NCBI GenBank assembly: GCA_963741955.1
Contig: CAVUKB010000001.1
Span: 320,001 to 384,000, forward strand
DNA: 64,000 nt
DNA from: an uncultured Acidobacteriota bacterium
Lineage (GTDB): Bacteria; Acidobacteriota; Thermoanaerobaculia; Gp7-AA8
Reading direction: 5' to 3'
The notes below the pieces were generated by a model that was not told the origin of the DNA, ran no database searches, and saw only the letters and a list, made by a program, of their open reading frames with translations. The position numbers were made by a program, and so were the translations under genes. Below, one piece after another: positions 43,067-52,549 of this stretch. The first letter of the stretch is position 1; each line of letters opens with the position of its first letter.

Positions 43067-44293
43067 TTACGCGGGAGCTTTGCGCGGCGAATCCCGCCCC
43101 ACCGCATGGGAGCCTCCGGTCGCACCGACGACCGATGCGTAAAGCTCCGAGTAGGCTTCGACCGTCAGTTCGATGGCGTGAGCGCGGGTACGGCGGAGAC
43201 TTTCTGCAGACATGGCCCCGTAGTGGACCCCGATCGCCGCGCTCAGCTTCTCCATTTCCGCCGCGGCGTCATCGGGATCGTTCGCTCTGAAGAGCGCCCC
43301 GTTCACTCCGTCCTCGACCAGTTCGGGGAGCGCTCCCGCGTTCGCCGCGAGAACCGGAAGTCCCGCCGCCATCGCCTCGAGTGTGGCGATACTCTGGAGC
43401 TCGACGTCGCCCGGCATGGCGAAGAAGTCCGCCGCGGTGAGGAGCGCCGGGAGATCCTCCTCTGCGACGAAGCCGACGAAGAGAACCCGTTGCGAGATGC
43501 CCCGCCGTTCTGCGAGCCGCTTCAGATTCGTCGCCTCGCGTCCGCGCCCCGCGATGATCAGGCGGAGGCGCGACTCCGTGGTTCTGGCCATCGCCTCGAG
43601 GAGCACCTCGACCCGCTTTTCGTAATCGAGACGCCCCACGTAGATGAATACGACATCGGATGGATCGAGTTCGAGCCGCGAACGCACGTCTTTCGAGCGA
43701 TCCTCTCCCACCGCGAAACGGGAATGGTCGACTCCGCACGAGATCGCGTGCACCGGGACTCCATCGAGATGTTTCCGGAGCAGCGCGGCCGCGGTTTCGG
43801 TCGGACTGGTGGCGACCTTCGCCTTGCCGAAGACGCGCGCCACCATCCACCAGAGGAACCGCTCGAGCGTCTTCTGCCCGATCTTCGATCGCGAGATCAG
43901 CGGCACGTGCGGGACGATATTTTCGGGGACGAAGTGGTTCGACGCGATCAGAGGAATGTTCATCGACGAGGCCGTCCGGGCGACGCTGCGGCTCAGCGGA
44001 AAATGATCCTGGATGTGCACGACGTCGGGCCGGATCTCCTCGAGGAGTCGCTGAACTGCGCGACCGGGGGCGGGGGTCACGCGGACGTCGGGATAGAGCG
44101 GCCGCAGCTCGATTGCGGGGATTCCCGCGAGACTCACTCCGCCGTCGATCGCACGCGTCGGCGCAAAGCGCTCTGCCGGAACGGCGACCGTCACCTCGTC
44201 ACCGCGCTCGACCAGTCCCCTCGCGAGCCGTGCAGTGAATACGCCGGGTCCGTTCAGCGGTCCCCAGGTCTGTCCGGCCATCAGGATCTTCAC
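43067..44293 (-). CDS. GT4 glycosyltransferase (diacylglycerol glycosyltransferase-like)
   Basis: YVGRLDYEK, ELQSIATLEAMAAGLPV; GTGA overlap with the upstream gene. Confidence 0.9.
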   Translation of the reverse strand: MKILMAGQTWGPLNGPGVFTARLARGLVERGDEVTVAVPAERFAPTRAIDGGVSLAGIPAIELRPLYPDVRVTPAPGRAVQRLLEEIRPDVVHIQDHFPLSRSVARTASSMNIPLIASNHFVPENIVPHVPLISRSKIGQKTLERFLWWMVARVFGKAKVATSPTETAAALLRKHLDGVPVHAISCGVDHSRFAVGEDRSKDVRSRLELDPSDVVFIYVGRLDYEKRVEVLLEAMARTTESRLRLIIAGRGREATNLKRLAERRGISQRVLFVGFVAEEDLPALLTAADFFAMPGDVELQSIATLEAMAAGLPVLAANAGALPELVEDGVNGALFRANDPDDAAAEMEKLSAAIGVHYGAMSAESLRRTRAHAIELTVEAYSELYASVVGATGGSHAVGRDSPRKAPA

Positions 44294-45411
44294 GCGGACT
44301 TCTCCGCCGCGGAGTCGTTCTGCTCTTCGCTCCTTCCGTTTCCCTGATAGGAGCGCTGACCGAATCGCCTGATTTTCCAGAGGAAGAGGAGTCCCACCAC
44401 GAGCGGAAGCCAGAAGTTGACGCTGCGGAAGACCAGCGTCGCTGCGACCGCCTTCGACTGATCGACCCCGAGCGAGGTGAAGATCAGGGTCATGATCGCC
44501 TCGACGATCGCGACTCCCTGCGGGATCGCGACGATGACGAAGAAGACGATCCCCAGCCCGAACGCGGCGACCAAGCCTCCCGCCGGAATCGACTCGCCGA
44601 ACGCTTTCACCAGCACCCACAGCCCGAATGCGTTCACTCCGTGGACCAGGATGGACCAGAGAATGGAGATGGTGAGCATCTTCGGATGTCTGCCGATGGC
44701 CATCGAGGCTTCGCAGAATTCGCCCGCGATCTTCTCCGGCCACTCCTTCGGGAGAAGGTCGGGATGCTTGAACCAGCCACCCACCTTCGAGACGAGTTTG
44801 CGGACCCAGCCGAGGATCTTCTTCACCCATTGCGGCTCCCAGCGGGAGAAGACGATCAGCATCACCAGGATGACCGTGTAAATGACGAAGACCCCCACGC
44901 CGATCGCGTCGTACGTCTTGAAGATGTGGTGGCGCACCAGGAACGCGACTCCCCAGAACACGAAGGGAATCAGGGTGACGAGATCGATGATCAGCACCAG
45001 CACCACGCCGATCGCGGTTCGCGATCCGCTCTGGCCGCGCTGGATGGCGTCGTCTATGAAGAGCGCCGCGGCCCCCGCGCCGCTCGGGACGACCGCATTG
45101 ACGAAGATGCCGGCGAAGACGACCGGCAGGAGCTCGAGCGCCGCGCTCTCGACGCCGACCACCGCGAATCCGAATGTGTAGAGGAGCGCGTAACCGAAGA
45201 AATACGCGATGTGGATCAGGACGCCGGCCGCGATCCACCACCAGTTCACATCCGACATCGCCTTTGCGAGCTTCTGAAAATCGGTGAAGTGCCCCGCGAC
45301 GAGGGCGGTCATACCGACGAGGACGATGATCATGAAGATCCGTCCGGCGATCGTCTTCGTCTTGCTGGCGCCGGACTGGTTCTTCCCCCCTTTCTTTTTC
45401 AGAAGGCTCAC
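44290..45411 (-). CDS. Lysylphosphatidylglycerol-synthase TM / flippase-like membrane protein (HpnL-like)
   Basis: About 8 TM helices; NAVVPSG, IPQGVAIVE, LVFR..FWLP; GTGA overlap. Confidence 0.8.
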   Translation of the reverse strand: MSLLKKKGGKNQSGASKTKTIAGRIFMIIVLVGMTALVAGHFTDFQKLAKAMSDVNWWWIAAGVLIHIAYFFGYALLYTFGFAVVGVESAALELLPVVFAGIFVNAVVPSGAGAAALFIDDAIQRGQSGSRTAIGVVLVLIIDLVTLIPFVFWGVAFLVRHHIFKTYDAIGVGVFVIYTVILVMLIVFSRWEPQWVKKILGWVRKLVSKVGGWFKHPDLLPKEWPEKIAGEFCEASMAIGRHPKMLTISILWSILVHGVNAFGLWVLVKAFGESIPAGGLVAAFGLGIVFFVIVAIPQGVAIVEAIMTLIFTSLGVDQSKAVAATLVFRSVNFWLPLVVGLLFLWKIRRFGQRSYQGNGRSEEQNDSAAEKSA

Positions 45412-47255
45412 GTGGTCAGCCTTTCGGTCGCGTGCGGATTGACGCGGTCGTTCGGAATGTCGCCGTGCAGCGAGACGGGGGGACGTCGTTCGCGTGCGAG
45501 ATAGCGCCGCAGAAGCTCCTCCCGAGTGATCCAGATCCGGAGCCGCTGCAATCGGGAGGCTCCGGGAGCCGATCCTCCCGCGTTGAACGTCCGGGTGAGG
45601 AGAACGACGTAGACGTGCTCCCAGAAGGTCGTGAACCGGGACCACCCGGAGTGACGAGTCTCCACCCGTTCGAAGCGGAAGCCCCATCGCGAGGCCATGG
45701 CCTGCAACTCGGCGAGCGTGTGCGAGGTGCTCAGCGACGTCTCTCCGACGAAGATCTCCGCAGTGTGCAGCCCTGGCTGATCCGAAACGTACTTTGCGAG
45801 GAGGCGGAGGGTGAGGAGAAAGCGCCGGCTGAACTCACGCCCCCACGAGAGCGAATCACCCGATGTGCGCGAGGGGACGTGCTCGTTCCAGAGGTGAAAC
45901 TGGATCGCCTGCTCCGCACCGATGTCGGCGGCGCGCTCGCTCTCCGGAAGTGCCTCCTCGCTCTCGAGCGGTCCGAGACGGAAGATGCACCTCGGGTCGT
46001 TCGAGAATTCGTGGATGTGGTAACGCCTGCGTAGAATCCGGTCGACGACGAGGATTGCGTGACGGATGGTCCAGTCGAAGATTCGCATAGAGTGGCGGTG
46101 GCCGGGGGATGCCGTCAGCCGTCCGTTCCGCTCGACTGCGAATTCTCTGCCTCTCCATCGGACCCTCCGTCCGGCGAGCCCTCCCGTCCAGACCGCCATG
46201 CCGAAGATCTCCCGGATCGGAAGCGCCAGGAGCCATCGATCGAGCTCGGACGCCCCGCTCAGATGCAGCGCCCTCGCCGCTGCGGCGAAGCGGATCGCGA
46301 AAGCGACCAGAAGCGTGGACGTGATGCCGAGCCATTCTCCCGGAGCGTCGACGAGCCACGCCGCCGCAGCGATCAGAGCCAGAGGCGCGGTCAGGGTCAG
46401 GAGAATCCCCGGGTACTCCACGGTGCGGCTGACCCGAATCGCCCGGGCCCAGCGGAGCTCACGACTCCAGAGATCTCCGAGCCTCGTCGGACCGAGAACG
46501 CTGGTGACGAAGAGCCGCGAGAGCTCGATCCGGAATCCGGCGCGAGCGACGCGATGGCCGAGCTGGTAGTCATCCGCGAGATACTCTCCGACCGCGCCGA
46601 AATCGCCGATCGTGGCGAGGACATCGCGGCGCACGGCGATCGCGGCGCCGAGGGCGAAGCGCATGCCGAAGAGGCGCCGGGCGGCAATCACGCCGGGAAG
46701 GAAAGAGGTCACCATCCCGAGCGCCTCCATTCTCGCGGCGAACGAACCGATCGCGCCCCCCCGGTAGGGAAAGGTCACCATCCCCACTCTGTGATCCGCG
46801 AGGGGGGCGGCGGCGCGGCGCAGGAAATCGGGAGGGACGCGGATGTCACTGTCGATCGCGACGAGGACATCGTGCCGCGCCTCGCGCGCGAGTGCGTCCA
46901 GAATGCCGGCCTTCGGATTCGGCGTCTTCGGATCGTGCACGATCAGCCGGACACGATCGTGTCCATGGATCTCCTGCAGTCGCCCGATCAGTTCGACCAC
47001 CGGATCTTCCGCAGACGCGACCCCGAAGATCACCTCGAGCTCCGGATAGTCCTGCAGGAGATGGCTCTCGAAGTTCTCCATCGCCTCGAAATCGACTCCA
47101 CTCACCGCCTTGAGGATCGAGACCGGAGGAAGCGCATCCACGTCGGGCTCAGTGGGTTTGCGGCCGAAAAAGCGGTTCATCCAGAACGTCGCCACGATCC
47201 AGTAGACACAGCTGGCCGCCGCGAGGAGGGTCAGGACTCCGGCGACGATGCTCAT
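45408..47255 (-). CDS. hpnI: HpnI-like bacteriohopanetetrol GlcNAc transferase fused to a C-terminal YkoP-like domain
   Basis: PPVSILK, QDYP, NPK, DSDIRV, LADDYQLG, RWARAIR, then ~225 extra aa (HEFSNDPRCIFR, FHLWNEH). Confidence 0.8.
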   Translation of the reverse strand: MSIVAGVLTLLAAASCVYWIVATFWMNRFFGRKPTEPDVDALPPVSILKAVSGVDFEAMENFESHLLQDYPELEVIFGVASAEDPVVELIGRLQEIHGHDRVRLIVHDPKTPNPKAGILDALAREARHDVLVAIDSDIRVPPDFLRRAAAPLADHRVGMVTFPYRGGAIGSFAARMEALGMVTSFLPGVIAARRLFGMRFALGAAIAVRRDVLATIGDFGAVGEYLADDYQLGHRVARAGFRIELSRLFVTSVLGPTRLGDLWSRELRWARAIRVSRTVEYPGILLTLTAPLALIAAAAWLVDAPGEWLGITSTLLVAFAIRFAAAARALHLSGASELDRWLLALPIREIFGMAVWTGGLAGRRVRWRGREFAVERNGRLTASPGHRHSMRIFDWTIRHAILVVDRILRRRYHIHEFSNDPRCIFRLGPLESEEALPESERAADIGAEQAIQFHLWNEHVPSRTSGDSLSWGREFSRRFLLTLRLLAKYVSDQPGLHTAEIFVGETSLSTSHTLAELQAMASRWGFRFERVETRHSGWSRFTTFWEHVYVVLLTRTFNAGGSAPGASRLQRLRIWITREELLRRYLARERRPPVSLHGDIPNDRVNPHATERLTT

Positions 47256-48103
47256 GCCGCTCGCTCCCGCAGGGTGCGATACGTGGAGAGCGTGAGGCCC
47301 GCGCTCTCGAGCGCTGCACGGAAGCCGGGACTGACCAGTGTGTCGAGGTCGGTCGGATTCGGTCCCAGCGCTTCTCCGAGCGAGATCGTCGACGGATGGA
47401 AGTAGAGCTCGGCAGTGGAAGCGGAGAGAGCGGAGAGCACTCGGAGTACGTAGCGCTCCTCCATCCGTCCACTCTGCATCAGTCCATAGACGCGTTCGAC
47501 GGTGGCGAACGGCTCGTGACGCAGCTTCCGGCGCGCGCGCCATCCGAGCGCGGCAAAGCTGAGCGCCCAGCCGAGCTTCGTGATCAGATCGCGGTGGTCG
47601 TAGCGGAGCGCGAGCCCGAGGTCGTCCGCGGGGATCCGGATACCTCCGGCTCCATATTTCCGTGCGAGGGGGAGCATCCGGTCGAAGACGACCGGATGCA
47701 TGTGCATGTGCAGATGGCCGTCGACATGCGCGAGACGGAGACCGGTGGCGGCGAACCGTTCGAACTGTGCTGCGATCTCGCGGGAGAGCTCATCGCGGGC
47801 GGCGGGATTGAAGAAGCAGCGGATTCCCTGGCGAGCCGGGTCGTCGGGGAACTTCCCTTCAGGACCGGTGATGGTCGGAAGATCGGCGTGAGAGAGAACC
47901 GCACGACCCGAAGCGACCACGACGTGCAGCCCTACGGCAAGCTGCGGAAAACGGAGCGCGATCTTCACCGCCTCTTCGACCGCATCTCCGGTGACCATCA
48001 GGCTGGCGCTGGTGAGCACGCCTTCCCGCAGCGCCCGTTCGATGGCGGCGTTGATCTCGACCGTGCGGCCGAAATCGTCGGCATTGATGATCACCGAGCG
48101 CAT
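47252..48103 (-). CDS. hpnK: HpnK / ChbG-YdjC deacetylase
   Basis: INADDFG, TSASLMV, HVDGHLHMH, ELYFHP; ATGA overlap with hpnI. Confidence 0.9.
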   Translation of the reverse strand: MRSVIINADDFGRTVEINAAIERALREGVLTSASLMVTGDAVEEAVKIALRFPQLAVGLHVVVASGRAVLSHADLPTITGPEGKFPDDPARQGIRCFFNPAARDELSREIAAQFERFAATGLRLAHVDGHLHMHMHPVVFDRMLPLARKYGAGGIRIPADDLGLALRYDHRDLITKLGWALSFAALGWRARRKLRHEPFATVERVYGLMQSGRMEERYVLRVLSALSASTAELYFHPSTISLGEALGPNPTDLDTLVSPGFRAALESAGLTLSTYRTLRERAA

Positions 48104-48194
48104 AGGATTCCCTCATGACGAGCGCGAGCGCTTTCGAGCGAACTCGAGCAATTCCCGGACCAGAAACGAGAGCGATTGAGAAACTCGAAACCGT

Positions 48195-49439
48195 CTACTC
48201 GTATCGTAGCGCGTCGGAAGGGCTGAGGCGGGCTGCGCGGGCGGAGGGAAGGATCGTGGCGAGGCAGGAAACGACCACGGCGAACCCGGTGATGATCGCG
48301 AGGTCGCTCCACTTCGTCACGAAAGGGATCGACGAGACGAAGTAGACCTCGGCGATCTCGCGCGGGAACGAGACGAGGTGATAGCGGGTGATGATCCAGC
48401 AGACGATCACCCCGAGGCCGACTCCCGTCGCAGTTCCGATCAGCCCCACCAGCGTTCCGTACCAGATGAAGATCCCGCGGATGAAACGGCTCTCGCCGCC
48501 CATCGACATCAGAATGCCGATCTCTTTCCGCTTCTCGTGAACGGTCATGATCAGCGTGGAGACGATATTGAACGTGGATACGAAGACGATCAGACCGATC
48601 ACGATGAAGAGGACGAGCTGCTGGATCTTCAGCATCGAGAAGAGCTGATGGTTCATCTCGCGCCAGTCCGTCACCGCGTACTGCTCGCCCGTGCGCTCAT
48701 TGACCGCCTTCTCCACAATATCGAGATCCGCCGATGGCTGCAGCCGGATCTCGACCAGGTTCACTCCGTTCGGCGAGCCGGTGAGTTGGCGCGCTTCGGC
48801 GAGATCGAGAAAGATCCAGCGCGAGTCGTATTCGTAGAATCCGGTGTCGAAGACGTTCGAGACCATGAAGGTCCCGGACTGCGGGAGAAAAGAGCCTGCG
48901 TGCTCGCTGGGAACGGTGATGGTCAGAGGTGACCCGGCCGAGACTCCGAGCCGCTGGGCGAGGTACTTCCCGACCGATACCCCGGGATAGCCGTCGGAGT
49001 GGAACCCGTTCGGACCGATGATCTTCACCAGCATCGGGGAAGTCTTCGCACGCGACGGTTCGATGCCCTTCACCATTACCTGGGTGCCCGTCGCGAGCGA
49101 TTCGGACGACGCGAGCGCCTGCTGGAAGAGGACGGGAGAGGCCTCGCGCACGCCGGGCGTTCCGCGGATCTCGGCCAGGACCTTCTGTGGGTTGTCCATT
49201 CCCGACTCGACGGAGTAGACGAAGAGCTCCGCATTGCCGCCGAGGAGCTTCTTCTGGAGATCCTGCCGGTACCCGGTCATCAGAGCCATGGAGATGACCA
49301 GCGCCATGACCCCGATCACCAGCCCGAGGATCGAGACGACGCCGACGGCGGAGACGAGCTTGTCGGTAGGACGCTTGAGGTATCGCCACGCGACCTCGAG
49401 CGACAGGATCCGCGCGCTGCTCTTGCTCACTTCTTCCAT
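48195..49439 (-). CDS. LolC/LolE (MacB-FtsX family) ABC permease
   Basis: AWRYL, FNIVSTLIMTVHEKRKEIGIL, PSARAARL. Confidence 0.9.
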   Translation of the reverse strand: MEEVSKSSARILSLEVAWRYLKRPTDKLVSAVGVVSILGLVIGVMALVISMALMTGYRQDLQKKLLGGNAELFVYSVESGMDNPQKVLAEIRGTPGVREASPVLFQQALASSESLATGTQVMVKGIEPSRAKTSPMLVKIIGPNGFHSDGYPGVSVGKYLAQRLGVSAGSPLTITVPSEHAGSFLPQSGTFMVSNVFDTGFYEYDSRWIFLDLAEARQLTGSPNGVNLVEIRLQPSADLDIVEKAVNERTGEQYAVTDWREMNHQLFSMLKIQQLVLFIVIGLIVFVSTFNIVSTLIMTVHEKRKEIGILMSMGGESRFIRGIFIWYGTLVGLIGTATGVGLGVIVCWIITRYHLVSFPREIAEVYFVSSIPFVTKWSDLAIITGFAVVVSCLATILPSARAARLSPSDALRYE

Positions 49440-50521
49440 TCGGCGATCATCTTCATGAAGTCGTCGAAGAGGTGGAACGAGTCGTGAGGTCCGGGTGCGG
49501 CCTCGGGATGGTATTGCACCGCGAAGAGCGGATGGTTCCTGTGCCGGAAGCCCTCGAGCGTTCCGTCGTTGAGGTTCACGTGCGTGAGCTCGACTTCGGA
49601 GTCGGGAAGCGAATCGGGATCGACCGAGAAGCCGTGATTCTGCGAAGTGATCTCGACCTTTCCGCTGGCGAGGTCGCGGACCGGATGATTCCCGCCGCGG
49701 TGTCCGAACTTCAGTTTGTACGTCCGCCCGCCGAGCGCGAGGCCGAGCAGCTGGTGGCCGAGACAGATCCCGAGAATGGGGATGCGGCCGATCATCTGCC
49801 GGATATTCTGTTGAGCATACTCGACCGGCTCGGGGTCTCCCGGGCCGTTCGAGAGGAGGAGACCATCGAACCCGGCGTTGAGGATCTCGTCGGGATGGGT
49901 ACTGGCCGGATAGACGACGACGTCTGCTCCGCGCCTGGCGAGCTGGCGAAGTATGTCTCGTTTGACTCCGAAGTCGTACACGGCGACGCGGATGCGTCTC
50001 TCGGGCATTTCCGTTTCGACGGCGTAAGGACGGAGTGCGGTTACCTTCTGTACCAGGTCGAGTCCCGACATGGAGGGTGCCGTCGCGAGCCGCTTCATCG
50101 CTTCCTCGAGGGAGATCTCTTCCGAGGTGATCATTCCCTTCATCGCTCCGCTGACGCGGATCTTGCGGGTGATCGCTCTCGTGTCGACGCCCTGGATTCC
50201 CGGGAGGTCGTGGGTACGCGCGTACTCGCCGAGTGAGCCGGAGGAGGCGAAGTGGTCCGGATGCTCATGCAGCTCGCGGACGACGAGGCCGGCTGCCTGA
50301 GGCCTCTCACTTTGCTCGACGCGCTCGTCGACGCCGTAATTGCCGATGTGCGGGTAGGTCATCACCACGATCTGGAACCGATAGGAAGGATCAGTGACGA
50401 TCTCCTGGTACCCGGTGAGCGAAGTGTTGAAGACGACTTCGCCGATGGCGGTGGTTTCAGACCCGAAAGATTCTCCGGGGAAGCTGCTTCCGTCTTCGAG
50501 TATCAGGCGTGCGGGTGGCAT
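49427..50521 (-). CDS. carA: Carbamoyl-phosphate synthase small subunit
   Basis: GEVVFNT, SNGPGDP, GICLGHQ, QYHPEA. Confidence 0.98.
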   Translation of the reverse strand: MPPARLILEDGSSFPGESFGSETTAIGEVVFNTSLTGYQEIVTDPSYRFQIVVMTYPHIGNYGVDERVEQSERPQAAGLVVRELHEHPDHFASSGSLGEYARTHDLPGIQGVDTRAITRKIRVSGAMKGMITSEEISLEEAMKRLATAPSMSGLDLVQKVTALRPYAVETEMPERRIRVAVYDFGVKRDILRQLARRGADVVVYPASTHPDEILNAGFDGLLLSNGPGDPEPVEYAQQNIRQMIGRIPILGICLGHQLLGLALGGRTYKLKFGHRGGNHPVRDLASGKVEITSQNHGFSVDPDSLPDSEVELTHVNLNDGTLEGFRHRNHPLFAVQYHPEAAPGPHDSFHLFDDFMKMIAEWKK

Positions 50522-50602
50522 CTGCGGCGATTATACGGAACCGACGGCTGAGAGCGTGAATTTCTGGCGGGAACGGGGGAGTGGTGGGAGCGAGGCGGGG
50601 AT

Positions 50603-50735
50603 GATTTGCGCAACTTGTGCGACTTCCAATCGCGGCTGAGACTCTTTGCCACCAGTGAACGGTGGCACCTCAGCCCTCACGCCCGGGATGTTCCGGCAGG
50701 ACAATCGCGCAAATCGCGCAATTCGCGCAAATGAC
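50603..50735. repeat. Nonamer repeats (AATCGCGCA x3) with a degenerate inverted copy
   Basis: Direct repeats at 50703-50729; inverted copy at 50603-50625. Confidence 0.65.
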
Positions 50736-50736
50736 C

Positions 50737-52365
50737 TCAGAACCCCTGGTCGACGTGTTCTCCGAATGTCGTCTTCATCGCCGAGACGATCTCGCCGATG
50801 GTCGCGTTGCAGCGGACCGCCTCCACGATCAGCGGGAGGAGGTTCTCCTTCGACGCGGCGGCGTTGCCGAGGACCTCGAGTGCGGCGGACCACGCCTCGT
50901 GACCGGCGGGATCGGAGTCGCGGCGGCTGCGGAAGCGCCTCAGTCGCTCGACCTGGTCGCGCTCGACCGATTCGTCGATGACCAGAGTCGGCAACGGGAC
51001 CTCGGTCGATTCCGTGAACTCGTTCACACCGACCACGACTTCCCGCTTCTCCTCGAGCGCTTTCTGTGCCTTGTAGGCGGACTCGGCGATCTCCCCCTGC
51101 ACGAATCCCGAATCGATTGCGGCCAGTGCGCCACCGAGATCGTCGATCTTCGCGATCAGATCGGAAGCGGCCTTTTCGAGGTCGAGGGTCAGAGCTTCGA
51201 TTTCATAGGAACCGCCGAGCGGATCGGCGGTCGCAGCGATGCCGGTCTCCCAGGCGAGAATCTGCTGGGTGCGCAGCGCGATCCGGACGGAGTCCTCGGT
51301 CGGGAGTGCGAGCGCCTCGTCGCGCGAGTTTGTGTGCAGCGACTGGCATCCGCCGAGTACGGCGGCCATCGCCTGGTAGGCGACTCGGATCACGTTGTTC
51401 TCGGGCTGCTGCGCAGTGAGTGTGGATCCCGCGGTCTGGGCGTGGAAGCGGAGAGCCATCGAGCGTGGATCCTTCGCGCCGAAGCGCTCGCGCATGATCT
51501 TCGCCCACATCCGGCGCGCGGCGCGGAACTTCGCGATTTCTTCGAGAAAATTGTTGTGTGCGTTGAAGAAGAACGAGAGCCGCGGGGCGAAGGCATCGAC
51601 GTCGAGACCGCGATCGACGGCGGACTGGACGTATTGGATTGCATTGGCGAGAGTGAAAGCGACCTCCTGAACCGCCGTCGAGCCGGCTTCACGGATGTGA
51701 TAGCCGGAGATCGAGATGGTGTTCCATCGCGGGACGTTCTCCGCGCAGAACTGGAAGACGTCGGTGACGAGGCGCAGCGACGGCCTGGGAGGAAAGATGT
51801 ACGTTCCGCGGGCTGCGTACTCCTTGAGTATGTCGTTCTGGATGGTCCCGCTGAGGCTCGGCCACGGCGTACCGCGCCGCTCGGCGACGACCAGGACCAT
51901 CGCCAGGAGGATCGCCGCCGGCGCGTTGATGGTCATGGAGATGGAGACTTGTTCCAGCGGGATCGCATCGAGGAGCGTCTCCATGTCTTCGACCGAGTCG
52001 ATCGCCACTCCGACCTTGCCGACCTCACCCCTGGCGCGGCGATCATCCGAGTCCATTCCGATCTGTGTCGGGAGGTCGAAGGCGACCGACAGCCCCGTGG
52101 TCCCGCGCTCGAGCAGGTAGCGGTAACGTTCGTTCGACTCCCGGGCGGTGGAAAAGCCCGCGTACTGCCGCATCGTCCAGAGCTTCCGGCGATAGCCTTC
52201 CGGCCGCACTCCGCGGGTGAAGGGGAACCGGCCGGGGTCGCCGAGGTCCGACGCGGCGTCGAAACCGCGGCTTCGGAGCGATTCGGCATCGAAGACCTCG
52301 GGGAGGTCGATGCCGGACGTGGTGGTGACCGGGAACGGAGGGGCGTCTTTTCGCGATTCGGACAT
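50737..52365 (-). CDS. Methylmalonyl-CoA mutase, substrate-binding (large) subunit without a B12 domain
   Basis: [31 protein letters not shown]. Confidence 0.93.
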   Translation of the reverse strand: MSESRKDAPPFPVTTTSGIDLPEVFDAESLRSRGFDAASDLGDPGRFPFTRGVRPEGYRRKLWTMRQYAGFSTARESNERYRYLLERGTTGLSVAFDLPTQIGMDSDDRRARGEVGKVGVAIDSVEDMETLLDAIPLEQVSISMTINAPAAILLAMVLVVAERRGTPWPSLSGTIQNDILKEYAARGTYIFPPRPSLRLVTDVFQFCAENVPRWNTISISGYHIREAGSTAVQEVAFTLANAIQYVQSAVDRGLDVDAFAPRLSFFFNAHNNFLEEIAKFRAARRMWAKIMRERFGAKDPRSMALRFHAQTAGSTLTAQQPENNVIRVAYQAMAAVLGGCQSLHTNSRDEALALPTEDSVRIALRTQQILAWETGIAATADPLGGSYEIEALTLDLEKAASDLIAKIDDLGGALAAIDSGFVQGEIAESAYKAQKALEEKREVVVGVNEFTESTEVPLPTLVIDESVERDQVERLRRFRSRRDSDPAGHEAWSAALEVLGNAAASKENLLPLIVEAVRCNATIGEIVSAMKTTFGEHVDQGF

Positions 52366-52549
52366 GAAAAAAACCTCGAGACGGAAGTCGTCGGGGCCGG
52401 ATTATCGCAAAAAAACGGTGAACCGACCGGATGTGATGGTATCCGGCAGATTCCTCCGTGCATAATGATCGCTGCCATGGCTGCGGAGCGTGCTCCGTGG
52501 CGGCGCTCGTTTCCGTCCGTGGAGGTCACGGGCAACCCTTCGAAATCCT

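Noticed and set aside
50737-52365. Isobutyryl-CoA or 2-hydroxyisobutyryl-CoA mutase
   Set aside because: RQYAG (Tyr) and the Arg in KEYAARG match methylmalonyl-CoA specificity; split subunits are common.
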